Shown here: piece after piece, positions 38,523 to 51,475 of the stretch
Layout of the letters: each line of letters starts with the position of its first letter
Numbering within the stretch: position 1 is the stretch's first letter
Source: Octopus bimaculoides
Lineage: Eukaryota
Direction of reading: 5' to 3'
NCBI RefSeq assembly: GCF_001194135.2
Contig: NC_068986.1
Coordinates: forward strand, 68,476,606-68,540,605
Length of the DNA stretch: 64,000 bases
Translations under genes and position numbers: made by a program
The notes under the pieces: generated by a model
Databases searched by the model: none
What the model saw: the letters and a program-made list of their open reading frames with translations, nothing else
Told to the model about the DNA's origin: nothing

Positions 38523-41500
38523 CATATATATATATATATACAGACATACATTCACACTCCTGCATATATACAAGCATATGCATATCCGTATAAATAAAGG
38601 GGGCTTGTGCATGAAAGTCGCACATATGCACCGGGTAGTCTTACATTCATATACATACATATACACATTCACACATATACACATACATATACACACACAT
38701 GTACACACTCACACAGTTAAAAAGGAAAAAATGAAAAAATATGTATTAAAAATTATTGGAAGTTAATCATGGGAAAGCTTGTGCAGGAACATAGTAGAAA
38801 TGTGGATTCTGACTGTGATCTTGGGGTGGGGGGGCAAAACTGTAACAGGTATTTTGTGAAATGTAGACATGATCCAAAAAGTTCAGCTCTTGAATTTAAA
38901 CATGTAGTGGGGTCAAAAGACCTTTTCCGGATGAGCCATCTTTCCATATTACAAAGACCACACTTACCACTATCTTAGGTATGTTTACACTTGGCTAAGA
39001 TCTTCCAGTAAATTTTGTAGTTGACACCTTGTTCTTTTAATAACCACACATAACTGGATAATTTGGTAGTTTTTCGTTTATTCCAGTGCCTGGAGCTTAA
39101 GGTGTAATTGTTGAATCTTGCTTTGAAATTTCCCTCCATGAGACTCACATATCTCTTGGATGAAACTGTATTATTAGTGTTCGTAGAATTTACAGTGGCT
39201 TCATAAATAATGGCTTTGGTCATACAGGCTCCATTTAGTGGGCACAAGTCTTTCTCCATGCAGGAACAGTTTTTCGATGGTTTTTCATAGTGTCTGTTGC
39301 CATAAATAGCCGATGCGCTATTCACTCTCTTCTCCAACATTTGAAACTCCAAGTACTTTTACTGTTTGTTCTAAATTATAACATATATACAGGGGTTGGG
39401 CAAAATAATGGAGACACCTTAAAATTTCTAACAATTTTATTTTGATATGGGGAAGGACTGCCTTTGGCAGTAATTACAGCTTAAATTCTATGAGGTATGG
39501 ACTCACACAAAGTTTGAATTGTTTCCAGAGGAATTTTTCTCCATTCTTCAGCTAAAACAGTCTCCAGTTCTTGTGATGATGGTGGAGGATATCAACTCCT
39601 TACTTGTTTTTCTAAAATGCACCATAAATGTTCAATAATATTAAGATCTGGGGACTGTGTTGGCCAGATAAGATGTTCAAGTTCGCTAGAATATTCTTCG
39701 TGCCATTCAGTAACAACTTTAGCTGTGTAAATTGGTGCATTATCATCCTGAAAGATTGTGTTTCCCTCCAGAAACAGCTCCGCAAACAGGATGAATTTGA
39801 TCAGCTGGTGGTCAGAAATAAGGTAAGGGATGACTCATCCGAGAAAATAGCATTCTTCCACTGTTCTGGGGACCAATTCTGTAGATTTTTCCTCCACTTT
39901 AAATGCTTTGCAACATTTGTTTTTGAAAGTAGTAGTTTTCTGATTGCAACCCTCCTGTGAAATCTGGCTTTCTGCAGCTCCCGGCAAACAGTTTTTGTGG
40001 AAACTGGGTTCACGAGTTTCCACAAACTCATTACTGTGTTAAGCTCTGCAGTAATTTTGGGAGCTGTACTTCTGTGATCCTTTCTAACAATTTGCGTAAG
40101 AGTCCGACGCTCCCTATCTGAAAGTTTTGGTTTTCTTGAGACAGTACTTCTTGATACACCAAACATTTCGGCAGTTTTTGTTACGCTAGCGCCTGCCATA
40201 CGAGCACCAACAATTTGACCTCTTTGAAAGTCCGATAGATAATATTTAGAATATATTAGTTTCAGATCCAGCAACTTTGAGTGGGGCAGTTAGTCAATTA
40301 CATCAACCCCAGTACTCAACAGGCACTTATTTTATCTACTCCGAAAGGATGAAAGGTAAAGTAGACCTTGGCAAAATTTGAACTCAGAACATAAAGATGG
40401 ATGAAATACCTTTAAGCATTTTGCCCAGCATGCTCATCACCTTATATTTATTGGATTGGTGCATAATTAATGACCTTTTTTTTTTTGTTGTAAATTAAAT
40501 TAATTATGCATCAACCCAATACAATATAATAAAATTTCTGATTTACGAAATATGAATTGTTACCTTTCTGTTGATGCTATCCTTATTCTGATGCTCATTT
40601 CCTCTATTTTCCTAAGTAACTGTATTTAATGTCTTCTCCATTGCTATTCAACAGAAGAAAGGATTAGCATATGGGCTGCAGCTTACTCATCAGCTTATGT
40701 TTTTATTGCTTTCTTCTTCTTCTCAATTCTAGACGGAATAAACAGAGCAATAACAAAGATAACAATGCAGCCGATGATCCTGATGTCACATTTGGTGGAG
40801 ATGACGAAGAGGTATGTCATAGTTCATCTCACTTGATTCTACTCTTTCCCCTTCTATCATTTGCGATAACCTCAAGAAGGCCTATATTGGTTGTGAGCTA
40901 ATCATAAAGAGCAACAGCAAACATTCTAGGTCTGGGTCCTATAGGCTAGTAAGGTAAGTCACAAGGAATTGCATGAGTTTAAGCACATTATTGTTATCAT
41001 CATCATCATACACCATTTTGAGCGTGGCCGTTGCCAGTACCTCCTGACTGGCCTTCGTGCCGGTGGCACGTAAAAACACTCATTACACTCTCGGAGTGGT
41101 TGGCGTTAGGAAGGGCATCCAGCTGTAGAAACCCTGCCAGATCAGATTGGAGCCTGGTGCAGCCATCTGGTTCGCCAGTCCTCAGTCAAATTGTCCAATC
41201 CATGCTAACATGGAAAGTGGACGTTAAACAATGATGATGATCATCATCATCATCAGTAATAATAATAATATTTTGTCTTGTGCCATCCTTAATGTTTTTC
41301 TTAATGTAAACCCTTTGTGGTTAATTAAGAAATCATCATCATCATTGAGTAGGAGAGCAGCACTTGCCATCAAAGTGATGCTGGGGTGCAAATATACGAA
41401 GCCCAATACATCCATATGACTACTTGTCTGATAAGGATACACCAGGCACATGCATCACAACCACATGTGCACGGCATGTGACATGGCAATTTCATATCAT

Positions 41501-42538
41501 ATCAAATCACATATGATCTTGTAGGTGGGGTCCAGTTAGAATTTTCATCAAGTCAAGCAGCCCATTCCGTTCAAAAGGTCCCTGAATAAAGGTTGTTTAA
41601 GGATGATGAATGCAACACTCATGTTTCAGGAGAGAATTTTTCAAATCTTAAAGAATCGCTCTCAAACCATGGCTGTGATGCCCCCACCACTAGTCCTGCA
41701 CTGAGGGACATGTTCAACTGGTTAAGGGCAAACATATTCTTATCCCATGTTGTAAACATTGGTCCATCGCCTATAAAGGTCCTCTTGCAGTTACAGAAAA
41801 CATTGTTACACAATATTTTGTGAAAATACCCAAGTAAAATATTCTATCACATTCAAAATATTCATACTGCCTACTAGTTCAGAGGAACAGAGACCATTGT
41901 TGTTGCAGTAGAAGAAACAAGGAGTAGATTCCACACATAGGTGGGCTGATGAATGTAATGCATTTGTCATTGTTATACTACACTCTCGGAGTGGTTGGTG
42001 TTAGGAAGGGCATCCAGCTGTAGAAACTCTGCCAGATCAGATTGGAGCCTGGTGCAGCCTTCTGGTTTGCCAGTCCTCAGTCAAATCGTCCAACTCATGC
42101 TAGCATGGAAAGCAGACGTTAAACGATGATGATGATGATAACGATATACCTTTTACTTGTTTCACTCATTTGACTGCTGTCATGCTGGGGCACTGCCTTG
42201 AGGGGTTTTAGTTGAACAAATTGATCCCAGGACTTTTTTGTTCTTTTAAAGCCTGGTACTTATTCCATCAGTCTCTTTTGTCAAACTGCTAAGTTATGAG
42301 GACGTAGACACACCAACACTGGTTCTTAAGCATGGGTGGGGGACAAACACATGCAAAGACATACACACATAGTTATGTACAGGTGTGGCTGTGTGGTAAG
42401 ACATTTGCTTCCCAACCACATGGTTTCAGGTTCAATCTCACTGCATGGCATCTCAGGCAAATGTCTTCTACTAGCCTTGGGCTGACCAAAGCCTTGTGAG
42501 TAGATTTGGTAGATGGAAACTGAAAGAAGCCCGTCATG

Positions 42539-42579
<41 letters not shown>

Positions 42580-42707
42580 NNNNNNNNNNNNNNNNNNNNN
42601 NNNNNNNNNNNNNNNNNNNNNNNNNNNNNNNNNNNNNNNCTAGCCTTGGGCTGACCAAAGCCTTGTGAGTAGATTTGGTAGATGGAAACTGAAAGAAGCC
42701 CGTCATG

Positions 42708-42751
<44 letters not shown>

Positions 42752-43970
42752 TATTTGTGCGTGTCTGTGTTTGTCTCCACCACCATTGCTTGAAAATTAA
42801 TGTTGGTGTGTTTACATTCCCGTAACTTAGCCATTTGGCAAAAGAGACAAAGAATAAGTCCTGGGGTCAATTTCTTCAACTAAAACCCTTTAAGGCAGTG
42901 CTCCAGCATGGCTGCTGTCAAATGACTGAAACAAGTAAAAGAATATATTCCATCCATGATGTGATAAGTTTGTCTCAGCATATGAATATATTAACAGGTG
43001 TTGGTTACCCTGTCTCTTCATTTTGTATCTTCTCTATACAAGTGTGTTTCATGTTTATCAATGAAGGTTACAGTGATTCCATGTGATTTTCTTTGCAATT
43101 CAATTTTTGTGTGCTACATACTTTTTGGCATTGTCTTGACTTCTAGCCTTTACGTTAAAGGTTGCAGTTAAATAAGTTACGGGGTGTATGTTTTAAGATC
43201 TGATTGTACGTTCTCACATCTATGTATGCATATGTTCTCTCTCTTTCTCCTCCTCTCTTCCTTATGTTTCTGTCTTACTCCTACACTCCTGTCTTCTGTG
43301 TGTGTTTGTCAATGAATGAATTTGCTTACACAGAATGAAATAAATGAAATTTCAAGTAATATCTAGGTGGTAGTTGGCTTCTAACCTTCTAGGAAGATTA
43401 CTGAAAGATAAGTTATTATAAATGTGTGTTCAGGTCTCTCTCTCTCTCTCTCCTTGTCACTTTTCATCATCATCATCAGTAGCAGCAACATTTAACATCC
43501 GTTTTCCATGCTAGCATGGGTTGGATGGCTTGACAGGAACTGGCATGGCCAGGGGTCGCACCGGGTTTGATAGTCTGTTTTAGCTTGGTTTCTATGGTTG
43601 GATGCCCTTCCTTATGCCAATCACTCCACAGAGCCTACTGGGCATTTTTTACATGGTACCAGCACCTACACCAATGAATTTTATGTGGCAACTTGGTTTT
43701 AGGATCTCAGTTCTGTTGTGGTGGGTAGGAAGTATCTTCTACTATAGCCTTGGGCCGATCAAAGCCTTGTGAGTGGATCTGGTGAATGGAAGCTGAAAGA
43801 AACCCATTGTATATATATATATATATATATATATNNNNNNNNNNNNNNNNNNNNNNNNNNNNNNNNNNNNNNNNNNNNNNNNNNNNNNNNNNNNNNNNNN
43901 NNNNNNNNNNNNNNNNNNNNNNNNNNNNNNNNNNNNNNNNNNNNNNNNNNNNNNNNNNNNNATGTATATA

Positions 43971-44009
<39 letters not shown>

Positions 44010-47000
44010 TTGTGACCCCACCATCTCTTGGCAACTTATGTTGGTGTGTTTATGTCCCTGTAACTTAGCGACTCGGCAAAAGAGACCAGTAGAATAAGTA
44101 CTAGGCTTACAAAGAATAAGTCCTGGGGTCAATTTGTTTGACTAAAGGCGGTGCTCCAAGATGGCCACAGTTAAATGACTGAAACAAGTAAAAGAAAAAA
44201 TGCAGAAAGAAATACACAGATGTTTTAAACATCTGGACAGCTATCTCTGACTAGTATGCCAGGCAAAGTGCTTTGCTTCATGTCGTCTGTCTTTATGTTC
44301 TGAGTTCAAATTCTGTCAAGGTCAACTTTACCTTTCATCCTCTCACAGTTGATAAAATAAGTACCAGTTAAACACTGGGGTCAATGTAATCAACTTACGC
44401 CTCCCTTAAAATTGCTGGCCTTGTGCGGAAATTTGAAACCAATATTATAAGCAAGTACCATACTATAGGTGCAATTATGTTGGCATGGTTAGTATGTAAC
44501 TTAGATTCAGTTTCCTTCCCATACATTATTAAGGCACATGGAAAAGGATGAACATCTCAGCTCATTTCCTCTTTATTCTTAAGACTAATAAAATTAGTAA
44601 CACTTAGATGAGAAAGAACATTTTCAAGGTAGTGGGTATTATACATGTATACAGTGAAGCTAATTGCATAAAAGAAACCTTGCTTTCTACTGCATAAAGA
44701 CTCAAAATGAAAGGCAATTATCAAACAAAAGGTGATAAGGTTACATGTACTTCCTTTTGCTTGTGTGAAAGTCAATATTTCCATATAGTTCTTCAATTAC
44801 AGGTTTCTCATAACTAAACACAATATTGAATTTTAGTACATCTTTGTTTTCATTGTACTACAATTCAATATTGTGATCTTTTCACATGAATTATCTGTCT
44901 AATATATCAGTGAGAGAGAAGCATTATCAACAATGTCTTTTTTAGATATTTATTCTAGATTTGTTTTGTAGTTTTTCTTTTGCTAATTAAAGATTAAAAG
45001 AAATTACATCATGTGCTGTAGAGATGAGTTTTATCTTATTAATCATGTCTGATAAGTATGTGTGTGTGTGTACAGTAATGGTGTGCACGATGGTGTCGCA
45101 TAAAAAGTACACTCTGTAAAATGATTGGCATTGGGAAGGGCATCCAGCTATAGAAACCGAGCCAAAACAGTCTATGGAACCTTGTGTGGCCCCTGGCTTT
45201 GCCCGTTTCTGTCGGGCCATCCAACCCATGCTAGCATGGAAAACAGACGTTAAATGTTGATGATGATGATTGATGATATACATGTTACCTTACTTGGAAA
45301 CAGTAAAAAATTGGTGACTGGAAGGGCTGTAGAAAATCTACTCACCAAATTCTCTCAGACCCTTGCGAGCAAGGAAAAGTGAATGTTAAAACAACAATGC
45401 ATAAGACAAATGAAATGGTGCTAAGCATTTTGCCTGCTATGCTAACGATTCTGCCAGCTCACTACCTTATAGTAGATTGAAATATTGGTTTCAAATTTTG
45501 GCATACTGCCAGCAGTTACAGGGGAGTGAGAAAGTTGATTACATTGACTCTAATGCTCAACTGTTACTTATTTTATTGATCCCGAAAAGATGAAAGGCAA
45601 AATCGACCTTGGTGGAATTTCAACTCAATGAAATGCTAAGCATTTTACCCAGCATGTTACCGATTCTGCCATCTTGCCACCCTAACAACCATTAATATTG
45701 TTATTGACATTGAGGAGTTGGTCTGGCAAAATTATTGATTCTTCCATGTTCTGAAATCAAGTCCTGCTATAGTTAGCATTACTTTTCAACTCCTGTAGGC
45801 TCGATACCATATTTCCCCGGCATACAAGTCAAATTTTTCAGACCAAAATTTACAGCCCCAAAAAAGGTAGGATGCCAACTTATATGCCAGAAAATATGAT
45901 GAGTCTTTTATTGGAATCATTTCAGTCAATGATACTCCACCCACAAGAAATTTGTAGCCTTGTGCCATTGTAAGAACTACTGCTACATTGTATTTTGAAA
46001 TTCTTCTTCTTCAGCTGTTGCCTCTTGATGACATCGAAACTAGTAATGTGACGATGAAAGAAAAGAACGATAAGGTTTGTTACCAGAGTGTATAATATTT
46101 TTTTTTTTTTTTCTTTTCCTTGAGAAATTTTTATTGTCATATAGAAATAAATTTTAGGTCAAATCAACTGTCTGAAAGAAAATATAATTGATAACTAAAA
46201 TATGTATTTGATCTAACACTTACTAATGTAATTAGAAGATTGTTAATCCTGTTACCGGAATGGCATCTTATGATATTTTTTTTGTTTTTGTTGGAGTAGC
46301 TTTTATCTTTATTATGAATTGTGGGTGGGATGGGAACTCTGGATGGTATAAGAAACGGAGAACTGTTTTGTTTTATTTTAAATCAGAGGGTGTATATCAA
46401 TACTGTCTAAAGTTTGTATTACTTCTTTTGTAACAATAGTTTTAAGTGATTGTATATGGCCTAATACTGATAATTTAGCCTTCTTTTACCAGGAGATTGG
46501 AACTATTCCTAGACGGCCTATGTCTATGGTGCCATTAGGAGAAGAAGAAAAGGGAAATGATCCATTACTTAGGTTAGTCTTTGTTATTATTATTATTACC
46601 ATTATTATTGTTAAAGCAGTGAGCTGACAGAATTGTTAACATGCTGGGTAAAATGCTTAGTGGTATATTGTCCACCTTTACATTCTGAGTTCAAATTCTG
46701 CCGAGGTTGACTTTGCCATTCATCCTTTCAGGGTCGATGAATTAAGTACCAGTGAAATACTGGAGTCGATGTAATTGATTAGTCCCCTCCCACTAAATTT
46801 CAGCCCTTGTACCTTTAGTAGAAAGGATTATTATTATTATTGTTAATTGGTTTAAGGCAGTGAGCTGGCAGAACCATTAGCACACCAAACAAAATGCTTG
46901 GCAACATTTCATGTCTTTACATTCTGAGTTCAAATTCTGCTGAGATTGACTTTACCTTTCACCCTTTTGGGCTCAAGGAACTAAGTACCAGTTGAGTACT

Positions 47001-50000
47001 GGGGTTGATATAATTGACTTAACCCCTCCCCTAAAGTTGCTGGCCTTGTGCCAATATTTGAAACCATTATTATCAATTGGCTTGATCTGGAAGAAAGGTT
47101 CTATGCACATGGCTTTTGCAGACATAACAAGACTTATGAGATCAGCGTGTTGCTAATGAACAAATGCAAGTTGGTAGCTGCTAGGAAAACATGGATAGGG
47201 AAGGAATTTCAGAGAGATAATATTCTTGAGATGTAGGAATTGGTGGAAGGATTAGTCCCGGATCTAGAGATGGTATGCTACATCATCATCATAACTCCAT
47301 CGCAAATAATTTCCTGTCTAACCCATACTGCCATGGAAAAACTGATGTTAAATAAAATAATGTATATGTAGAGATATATTCTATAAACTGTACCTCCATA
47401 CTTAATACAAATGTTCTGGCGCCACATAAGAAGTACTCAATATACTCTGCAAAGTGGCACAGGAAGGAAGTGATTGGTAGAGACAGTAGATGGGAGAAGA
47501 TGTGTGAGTATAAATAACATTGTGTAACACAATTTTTGTCCTTGGGTACAATTGTTACAGTGCCTTGCGAAAGTCTACACCCCCTTTGAAAATTTATATA
47601 TTTTGTATAATTTAACAGGGAACAACACATTTTTTTCAATTCCAATGATTGTTAAATAATAAGCAGAGCCATCACACTTTCCTTTGATATAAAAATTACA
47701 TTTTAAAAATTTCACACTGATTCTTAAAATCATATAACTTAGAAAAATGTCTTTGCAAAAGTGGCTAATATTTCCTTCAAACTTTACTTTTCCTAGATGT
47801 CTTGCAAACAACTTGCACATGCAAGTGCTACCAGTTGAGAACTCTGCATACCGGAAGCCAGCAAATGTATGGGCTTTATTGAAACCCTCAAAAATCCTTC
47901 TCAACATATGGTTATGATGCTCCCCAACTACTCTTGCTCATGATCAGAGATGCACATATTGTCAGCCACTAAGGGACATGTTCAAGTGGTTAAAGTCAAA
48001 CAACTGACAAGCAAATCTGTGGTATTTAAGACAAATATTTGCTATAACGATATTTCTGCTTCAGCAGCTCAGCACTGAATCTGTTTGAAATGTAATGGAA
48101 AATAGGTCAGTTTCAAAACATTGATGTCCAGATGACAAAAGCAAAGTTTGAAGGAATAGTAGTCATTTCTTTTGGTTTCTTCTAGATAGAAGCAAATAGG
48201 AAATTATACTTACTGATCAAAGACAAAATTAAAAGTTTTGTTACACAGTGTAATTCATTGAATATGGTGCGTGTGTACACAAGTGTCTATTTTTATTTGT
48301 GCAGTCAGGTTTGCGTCTTACTGTAGTTTGTTGGTGTTGAATTTGAGACATAGAATTAGTGAGGCATGTATATAGTGTAGAATTAGAAAATACCACAATA
48401 TTTGAACATGCAAATTAATGTCTTGTTATTAATTATAACAAAATGTATTCACCTCACTCCGTAGAACTCTTTATTGATTTTGTTGTGTCTACGGAGAGTC
48501 ATTATGCCAATATTATTAACACAGGCACTATTTCAGTCCCACTCTTTTATTATTAGTTTCTTATTAGTCAGTTGGTTAAATATACAACTAATTGATTGTT
48601 TGTTTAACTTGGTAAGTCATTTATTTTGTTTTGTTTATCAAAGTTCTTTCATTGCTACTTGTAACTTTATCAGTGACTTTTGACTTAGTCCAAAGGTTGC
48701 AAGAACTTTGACAAACAAAAACAAAACAAATGACTTACTGTTTGACCAAATTAAACAAACAATCATTTAGTTAGTTGGATATTTAACCAGTTGACTAATA
48801 ATAAAGGAGTGGAATTGAACCAATGTGTGTGTTCATAATATTGACATAATGACTCTCTGTAGACTAAACAAAATTTGTTTCAACACATGAATTCACATAA
48901 AGAATCTTGCAATGCAGATAGAAAAATGAAGTAGAATAAGCTCTTTATTGATTGATATTCCAGTAAGACTGGTGAACTTCTTGGAAACCGTAACGACTTC
49001 CGACTGAACACAAGTCAAGTCAATTATGACAGTTGTCTTTTACTGGAGGCTTCTGCACATTTCCTTTCTGGCTTACCAAATTCTACCAACAAAGAAACTA
49101 CTGGTGAGTATGACTTATATTTTGGTTACTGCTCAATATTAATCTGTATAAGATCATACAACATATTTGGTGCAAACAGTGACTGCAGTGTTTGTGTAAT
49201 GTCAAACTTCCACTTATTTCTGTTTTTCACATGACAAGTGTGTAGTTTTCTGCCTGCTATTAAGTTAGAACTTCATTACAAACTACGTTTGTCTGCTTTA
49301 AACTCTTTCTAAATTTCACAGCCCTTGAATTGACTCTAAATTATCAGCATACATCCAGACGCTTGTTCATCTTGTGTATTATCATCATTGCTTTAACATC
49401 CACTTTATCATGGTTGCATAGGTCGGACAGATTTTATAGATTTTCTGTGGCTGGTGGTTGTTCTTGTTGTCAAACCATACCTGTTTCCAAGCAAAGTAAT
49501 ATTTCCCCATAGCCAGACATGTTTTCACAGAATATTGGAAGTTTCAGGTGTGGAAGCAAGGATTAAAATTGGAGGGCCTTAGAGTCAACCTAGCTAATAC
49601 CAAAGTCTTAATAAGTAGGAATGCAGACAAACCACAAACCCCTTCAGGTAGATGGCCCTGCCCGATCTATATAAAAGGCGTAGGTAGTATTTCAAGATAT
49701 TTTTATGTAATTTTGGTAAATATATTTGTTAAAATGAGATGCCAGTGTAATTTAGACAACACTTTATTCAACTAGAATAAGCTCTTTATTGATTGATATT
49801 CCAGTAAGACTGGTGTACTTCTTGGAAACCATAATGACTTCCGACTGAACACAAGTCACGTCGATTATGATAATTGTCTTTTACTGGAGGTTTCTGCACA
49901 TCTCCTTTCTGGCTTACCAAATTCTGGCTGGCTAGCTGTACAATATATTTATTTATTTATAAAACAATTTTCTCTCTATGTTTTTCATTAGCATCTTCCC

Positions 50001-51388
50001 ACGTACCAACAACGGTCATTAGAGAAAATACTGAATCAGATAACATCATTGAAAATTATGATAATCCTGAAATTGATGACTCCATGGATGATATTCCTCC
50101 ACCTGAAGTCTCAACAAAGGTATTGTAATGAGACTATTTTAATTTTTACTGTAATTAACCAAGTATTGATTATTTCCAGAAAAGTGATGATGTTTTACTT
50201 AATTGTTTCTAAAATACCATTATTTTGGCATAGGCTGTTGAAGAAGAAGATACTGCAAAACGGAGCTCAGAACGGTTACAAGAAAGAGCAAACAAAATAA
50301 AAGAGAGGATGGCCAAAGATAAAGAAAAAGTATGTGTATGTAGCATGACATGAGTTTTATATGTATTTCTATCTGTGTGTCTGTCATTATGTAATACAGG
50401 AAGAGGTTATGCTGTTTGCATTTATCAATTCTTCACTAGATAAGTTATCTTAAATAAATTTGTTCAGTCAGTTTGGTGTATGTTAACTCCCAAAGTGAAA
50501 GCTTTTTATTTATTCTCTTAGAAACTAAAATGCCATGCATACATACTTGCATATGCATGCATGTATTCACAGCTTTTATAATAAAGTATATATATATATA
50601 TAAATGTGCATGTATATGTGTGTGTGTGTGTACCCTTGCCTAGACAATACATGATCATAAATGAGATTCATTATCATCATTGTCATTGTCCTTCTCCGCC
50701 AACAGGGAGAGAGTTGGAGACAAGAAGAATATCTAGCCATAGAAAATTTGCTCCAACAAATTCTCTCTGGACCTTATGATCGTAGAAAAGTGGATGCTAA
50801 TTGATGATGATGATATATATATANNNNNNNNNNNNNNNNNNNNNNNNNNNNNNNNNNNNNNNNNNNNNNNNNNNNNNNNNNNNNNNNNNNNNNNNNNNNN
50901 NNNNNNNNNNNNNNNNNNNNNNNNNNNNNNNNNNNNNNNNNNNNNNNNNNNNNNNNNNNNNNNNNNNNNNNNNNNNNNNNNNNNNNNNNNNNNNNNNNNN
51001 NNNNNNNNNNNNNNNNNNNNNNNNNNNNNNNNNNNNNNNNNNNNNNNNNNNNNNNNNNNNNNNNNNNNNNNNNNNNNNNNNNNNNNNNNNNNNNNNNNNN
51101 NNNNNNNNNNNNNNNNNNNNNNNNNNNNNNNNNNNNNNNNNNNNNNNNNNNNNNNNNNNNNNNNNNNNNNNNNNNNNNNNNNNNNNNNNNNNNNNNNNNN
51201 NNNNNNNNNNNNNNNNNNNNNNNNNNNNNNNNNNNNNNNNNNNNNNNNNNNNNNNNNNNNNNNNNNNNNNNNNNNNNNNNNNNNNNNNNNNNNNNNNNNN
51301 NNNNNNNNNNNNNNNNNNNNNNNNNNNNNNNNNNNNNNNNNNNNNNNNNNNNNNNNNNNNNNNNNNNNNNNNNNNNNNNNNNNNNNNN

Positions 51389-51475
<87 letters not shown>

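Noticed and set aside
39281-39352. N-terminal part of ORF 38975-39352 ([24 protein letters not shown])
   Set aside because: It is read from the inverted terminal repeat and is not part of the PLE endonuclease.
42471-42745. Exact ~105 bp direct repeat on either side of the 42580-42639 gap
   Set aside because: Identical sequence flanking a gap within one SINE is most simply unmerged overlapping contig ends, not a real duplication.
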